From positions 2,145 to 66,144 of the forward strand of contig CAIPHK010000010.1 of NCBI GenBank assembly GCA_903864835.1: a DNA stretch of 64,000 bases, in the 5' to 3' direction. The translations under genes were made by a program, and so were the position numbers. Positions 60,112 to 64,000 of the stretch are shown piece by piece (the first letter of the stretch is position 1; each line of letters starts with the position of its first letter). The notes beneath the pieces are model-generated. The model was not told where the DNA came from. It searched no databases and saw nothing but the letters and a program-made list of their open reading frames with translations. This DNA is from an uncultured bacterium. Its GTDB lineage: Bacteria > Margulisbacteria > Marinamargulisbacteria > SXXA01.

Positions 60112-61153
60112 GAGCCAAAAGATGCTCTTGATAACTCCTCGTAAATATATGTCGCCCATTGCCTTCAGGTGACGCAACAAAAAACAAGTACTGCCCCCGG
60201 GTCGGCTGCAAAGCGGCTTTGAATGACGCTATTCCCGGCGATGCGATCGGCGTGGGCGGTAATCCCCGATTGCGATACGTATTATAAGGCGAGTCCACCT
60301 TTAAATCTCGATAGAAAACGGTATCCTTCCAATTTAAGCCCAAGGCATAAATCACGGTAGGGTCCGACGCCAAGGGCATATTTCGATCTAGCCGATTAAA
60401 AAACACGCCCGCAATCACGGGCATTTCGTCTCCAACAATGGCTTCTTTTTCCACAATTGAGGCCATGACCAATGTATTGTAAAAATTCAAAGTCGCGTTA
60501 GGGCTCGCGGCATTCCAAACGGGGATCACCTGACGAGAGAACGCCGTCAACATGGTTTTTACAATCAATTGTTTGGATGCCGATGGCGGAAATAAATAAG
60601 TATCCGGATATAGCACCCCCTCCAAATTACGAGTGGGCACCATCATCATCCAGGGAAATTGAGGCAACATTTCCATTTTTGCTTGGTCCCGAACATAGCC
60701 GACGAACTCATCCGAATCGACTAATTTTTTACTATCCAACGTCTCCGCAATTTGCCGAAGAGAGTACCCTTCAGGGATGGTAACCCTAACCAAGCGACTA
60801 TAAGGCGTGTGCTCGGTCAGAATCTTAACGATAAACTGGCCTGAAAAATGAGAACTAATATTGTAATACCCGGCCCATAACTTCGATTCTTTTCGGGTCA
60901 CCTTTGTCCATAAAATAAAGGCATGCCGACTTCGAATCAAACCCCGTTGAGCCAACAAATCTCCAATTTGGGATGCCCTATAGCCGGGCGGTACATAAAG
61001 AACCGAAAAATGAGGCACCACGGACGCCGGTCGCAACCCATAATCAATCCACAAATAGGCTGCCCCCATTGTCAATCCAACTATCGTTAAGGCCACGATA
61101 GCAATTGCACCGGTAGACCCCTTCAGTTTTAATTTAATTCTGGGAGATATCAT
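60083..61153 (-). CDS. mltG: Endolytic transglycosylase MltG (YceG family)
   Basis: N-terminal TM, VTIPEG, LEGVLYPDTY, ASIVEKEA, NRL..MPLASDPT, SPYNTY, GLPPTPI, YLFFVA; start moved to ATG 61153. Confidence 0.95.
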   Translation of the reverse strand: MISPRIKLKLKGSTGAIAIVALTIVGLTMGAAYLWIDYGLRPASVVPHFSVLYVPPGYRASQIGDLLAQRGLIRSRHAFILWTKVTRKESKLWAGYYNISSHFSGQFIVKILTEHTPYSRLVRVTIPEGYSLRQIAETLDSKKLVDSDEFVGYVRDQAKMEMLPQFPWMMMVPTRNLEGVLYPDTYLFPPSASKQLIVKTMLTAFSRQVIPVWNAASPNATLNFYNTLVMASIVEKEAIVGDEMPVIAGVFFNRLDRNMPLASDPTVIYALGLNWKDTVFYRDLKVDSPYNTYRNRGLPPTPIASPGIASFKAALQPTRGQYLFFVASPEGNGRHIFTRSYQEHLLAQKKSPSTSN

Positions 61154-61263
61154 CGCATTTACTATACAGGCAAGAGGGCTGTCGTAAAATACGCTCATCT
61201 GATACTCTTTAGGACGCTGTTTTTATAATGTCTTGCGAACTTATCGCGCCAGGAGCCTATTGC

Positions 61264-62169
61264 ATGTCACAACCGAGACTTCCCGAATGGTTTCGAAATA
61301 CCGGGGGTAAACTTAACGCCACCCGCCAACTGTCTCGTATGCTAGAGATGGAAGTACCCAACAGTATCTGCCAAGAAGCAAAATGCCCGAATCGGTCTGA
61401 ATGTTTTTCTAAAGGCGTCCTCACGTTCATGATTTTGGGAACCGTATGTACCCGAAATTGCGGATTTTGTAGCGTTGCCCACGGTAAGCCAAAGCCGCCA
61501 GAATTGTCTGAAATCGACAAAATCACTTCGTCCATCGAAAAATTAAATCTGCGATTTGTGGTACTCACGTCACCTAATCGAGACGACCTTCCCGATGGCG
61601 GCGCGGCGCATTACGCCCAAACCGTCCGCCGGATCAAAGAGGCCCATCCGACGGTCCGAGTCGAGGTATTGGTCCCTGATTTCAAGGGAAATTCAACCGA
61701 TTTAGCAACCGTTGTTGCCGCGATACCCGATGTACTCAATCATAATTTAGAAACGGTACCATCGCTTTATCGGACTGTTCGTAAAGGCTCCTTGTATGAC
61801 CGGTCACTCAATCTCCTCAAAACGGTCAAAACCATTAACCCAAAGATGTTGACTAAAACTGGATTGATGGTGGGATTAGGGGAAACTAGAGATGAATTAA
61901 AACGCACATTTGCCGATATCCGGTCTCAAAATGCCGATATTCTAACGCTAGGGCAATACCTCAAACCCGACAAAAACAGCCTTGATATCGTCCGCTATTA
62001 CCACCCAGATGAATTTGAAGAACTTAAAGCCGACGCAAAAGAAGCCGGTCTCCGGTATGTCTTTGCCGGACCTAACGTCCGCAGCTCATTTTTAGCTGAA
62101 CATGTATTCGACGATTTAACCCAAGATTTGGAATCTGCGTTGGAACGAACGGTATGCTCGTCGAACTAA
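61264..62169 (+). CDS. lipA: Lipoyl synthase
   Basis: CQEAKCPNRSEC, CTRNCGFC, RDDLPDGGA, NHNLETV, GQYL, VRSSF; start moved to ATG 61264 (AGGAG SD). Confidence 0.97.
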   Translation: MSQPRLPEWFRNTGGKLNATRQLSRMLEMEVPNSICQEAKCPNRSECFSKGVLTFMILGTVCTRNCGFCSVAHGKPKPPELSEIDKITSSIEKLNLRFVVLTSPNRDDLPDGGAAHYAQTVRRIKEAHPTVRVEVLVPDFKGNSTDLATVVAAIPDVLNHNLETVPSLYRTVRKGSLYDRSLNLLKTVKTINPKMLTKTGLMVGLGETRDELKRTFADIRSQNADILTLGQYLKPDKNSLDIVRYYHPDEFEELKADAKEAGLRYVFAGPNVRSSFLAEHVFDDLTQDLESALERTVCSSN

Positions 62170-62756
62170 CGACCTGGCTCGCGATCCATCACCTTGCGCT
62201 GGGCGCGCTGTCATTTTTATCGGGAAGCATTCCATTTTCGCTCCTCATCTCAAAGGCAAGGGGCGTTAACCTCCGGGCCGTGGGATCTGGAAATCTAGGC
62301 GCAACAAACGTGTACCGCGCCATGGGATTTAAAGCGGCACTTTTAGTTTTCAGCTTAGATGCAATTAAGGGAGCAATTCCAACCTGGATTGCCCTTAATA
62401 ATGACTCTCCCACGATCCACATTATAATTGCTGGATTGGCCATTATTGGGCATTCCCTGTCCCCTTTTGTAAAATTCAAAGGTGGAAAGGGCGCGGCAAC
62501 GGGGCTGGGGGTATTAGCCGTATTGGCGACCGACGTGTTTGGGGTATTATTTATCGTCGCAGCGATTCTAATTGCCGTGACTCGGTATGTCGCACCCACC
62601 ACAATTATCTGTAGCCTTTTAGCGCCGATCTTGCTCTTCTTATTTGATTACCCGCTCCCCTATGTGGGTTTCACATCGTTAATCGCCCTATTTATTATAT
62701 ATAGACATCAAACCAATATAATCAGGTTAATCAAGGGAACGGAAAATCGCGTTTAA
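62154..62756 (+). CDS. plsY: Glycerol-3-phosphate acyltransferase PlsY
   Basis: GSIPF, GSGNLGATNVYR, DAIKG, GH..PF..FKGGKG.AT, RH..NI.RL..GTE. Confidence 0.96.
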   Translation: MLVELTTWLAIHHLALGALSFLSGSIPFSLLISKARGVNLRAVGSGNLGATNVYRAMGFKAALLVFSLDAIKGAIPTWIALNNDSPTIHIIIAGLAIIGHSLSPFVKFKGGKGAATGLGVLAVLATDVFGVLFIVAAILIAVTRYVAPTTIICSLLAPILLFLFDYPLPYVGFTSLIALFIIYRHQTNIIRLIKGTENRV

Positions 62757-63724
62757 TGGGTCAAATTGGCGTCGTCGGATCGGGCGCATGGGCAACAACC
62801 GCCGCTAAAATTTTAGCAGAAAACGGGCACTCGGTTGTTCAGTGGTGTCACCGACCCGACTATGTGAATCCGATACAAACCCTTCATGAAAATACACTGA
62901 GCCTTCCCGGAGTACGTCTTCCCGACACGCTTACTGCCTCCGTCAACATGGATGACCTCCAATCTGCCGACACTTGGGTGATCTGTATCCCCTCCAAATT
63001 TCTGGATACACTCCCCCCCCTCGTTTCACGGTACCGGGGGCAAGCGATTGTCAGCCTAATCAAAGGATTGCCGGAACATACCGATACGCACTCTGTGGCA
63101 GACTATCTTCAGACGCTATTGAGATCTGACGATTTAGCGGTTTTATCAGGACCCAATCTTGCGTTGGAATTAGCCCAACAGCTCCCCGGCGCATCCGTCG
63201 TCGCCGCGAAAAATCCTCAACTCTGTCGTCATTTTCAGCAGCTATTTAGCCGGCCGTATTTTCGCATATACACCTCGGACGACCGCCTCGGCGTTGAGCT
63301 TGGTGGCGTCCTTAAAAATGTATATGCGTTTGCAGCAGGCATCGCTGATGGGCTTCGGCTGGGAACCAATGCAAAGTCCGCACTTATGACACGGGCATTG
63401 GCCGAAATGGTGCGAATTGGAAAATCCATGGGAGCCAACCCAACAACCTTTTACGGTCTCTCTGGAATCGGGGATTTGATGGCCACGGCATACTCACAAT
63501 CGAGTCGAAATTGGCAGGCGGGGTTTAACCTTGCGCAAGATAAAGAAGGCAATCGAAGTGACCGAGGCATCGCTGAAGGGGCCCGAACCGCGTTACTCTT
63601 CAATCGGCGTCTTCCCACTATGGAGGTCCCAATTTTATCGGCGATAGCCACTGTATTAACGGGCCAGGAAACTGTCTCATCGGTGATGACCCAATTAATG
63701 CAACGAGAATTAAAATCCGAATGA
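62756..63724 (+). CDS. gpsA: NAD(P)H-dependent glycerol-3-phosphate dehydrogenase
   Basis: GSGAW, KG, LSGPNLA, GVELGGVLKNV, GTNAKSAL, GLSGIGDL, SRN, AEG. Confidence 0.96.
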   Translation: MGQIGVVGSGAWATTAAKILAENGHSVVQWCHRPDYVNPIQTLHENTLSLPGVRLPDTLTASVNMDDLQSADTWVICIPSKFLDTLPPLVSRYRGQAIVSLIKGLPEHTDTHSVADYLQTLLRSDDLAVLSGPNLALELAQQLPGASVVAAKNPQLCRHFQQLFSRPYFRIYTSDDRLGVELGGVLKNVYAFAAGIADGLRLGTNAKSALMTRALAEMVRIGKSMGANPTTFYGLSGIGDLMATAYSQSSRNWQAGFNLAQDKEGNRSDRGIAEGARTALLFNRRLPTMEVPILSAIATVLTGQETVSSVMTQLMQRELKSE

Positions 63725-64000
63725 ACCGCCATCAATCCAACAGTCGTTGGAAGTTCACGGTTATTCGATTGGCTGCAGATATTCTAATTGCCCCTATCGT
63801 GCTCGTTATATCCTACTGCTTAAAGTTTAAGGTCGGGTATTTCTTTCAAAATGTCCTGTCTCTACAATTCGGTAAAATTTATCAACAAGCCCAAATTGAG
63901 CCATATCTTGATGAAATAGGCGTTGTAACGTTGATTTGGATATTTACCTTTTACTTCGTTCGACTATACCAACCGTTTTCCGGAATTACGCCTGAGGTAG
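63721..64000 (+). CDS. Partial membrane protein, probably the N-terminus of a WcaJ/WbaP-type polyprenyl-phosphate sugar transferase
   Basis: ATGA overlap with gpsA; open to the window edge: MNRHQSNSRWKFTVIRLAADILIAPIVLVISYCLKF...LIWIFTFYFVRLY; catalytic domain not visible. Confidence 0.5.
   Translation, partial: MNRHQSNSRWKFTVIRLAADILIAPIVLVISYCLKFKVGYFFQNVLSLQFGKIYQQAQIEPYLDEIGVVTLIWIFTFYFVRLYQPFSGITPEV

Noticed and set aside
63013-63020. C8 tract in gpsA
   Set aside because: In frame (LPPL), short, and the gene is intact.

Overview
This is a gene-dense bacterial chromosomal segment of about 55 CDSs, mostly housekeeping, with mid-range GC. It contains no integrase, transposase, prophage or CRISPR array. 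Contents in order: (1) gap-pgk-hyp-lspA-rluD. (2) A complete fatty-acid beta-oxidation operon (fadD, thiolase, FadB/J, acyl-CoA dehydrogenase) downstream of ppa and gltP. (3) uvrB, rhodanese, MauE/DoxX, aroE and an NYN protein. (4) nadB, mnmA and pepF-cysE-trpC. (5) rpsP-khpA-ylqD-trmD-rplS (no rimM), argC, priA, a eukaryote-type UDP-glucose pyrophosphorylase, class Ia nrdAB and fumC. (6) An icd-like gene, pheST, mutS and rmlC, followed by a ubiA-dprE1-dprE2-like polyprenyl-phospho-arabinose cassette. (7) Orphan genes beside tRNA-Leu(CAA). (8) pcrA, pepN, recJ, mltG, lipA, plsY, gpsA and a partial sugar transferase. The best leads are non-coding. The first is a ~165-nt rod-like RNA structure with G-U pairs, followed by an unannotated 52-aa membrane peptide ORF, between pcrA and pepN. 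The others are a G14 tract in the promoter region of a small secreted beta-rich protein, a G11-tract frameshift in lspA, several apparently leaderless genes, a long nrdA leader, and hairpins built from gene or tRNA 3' ends at convergent junctions. All calls come from reading motifs by eye; no searches or folding programs were run.
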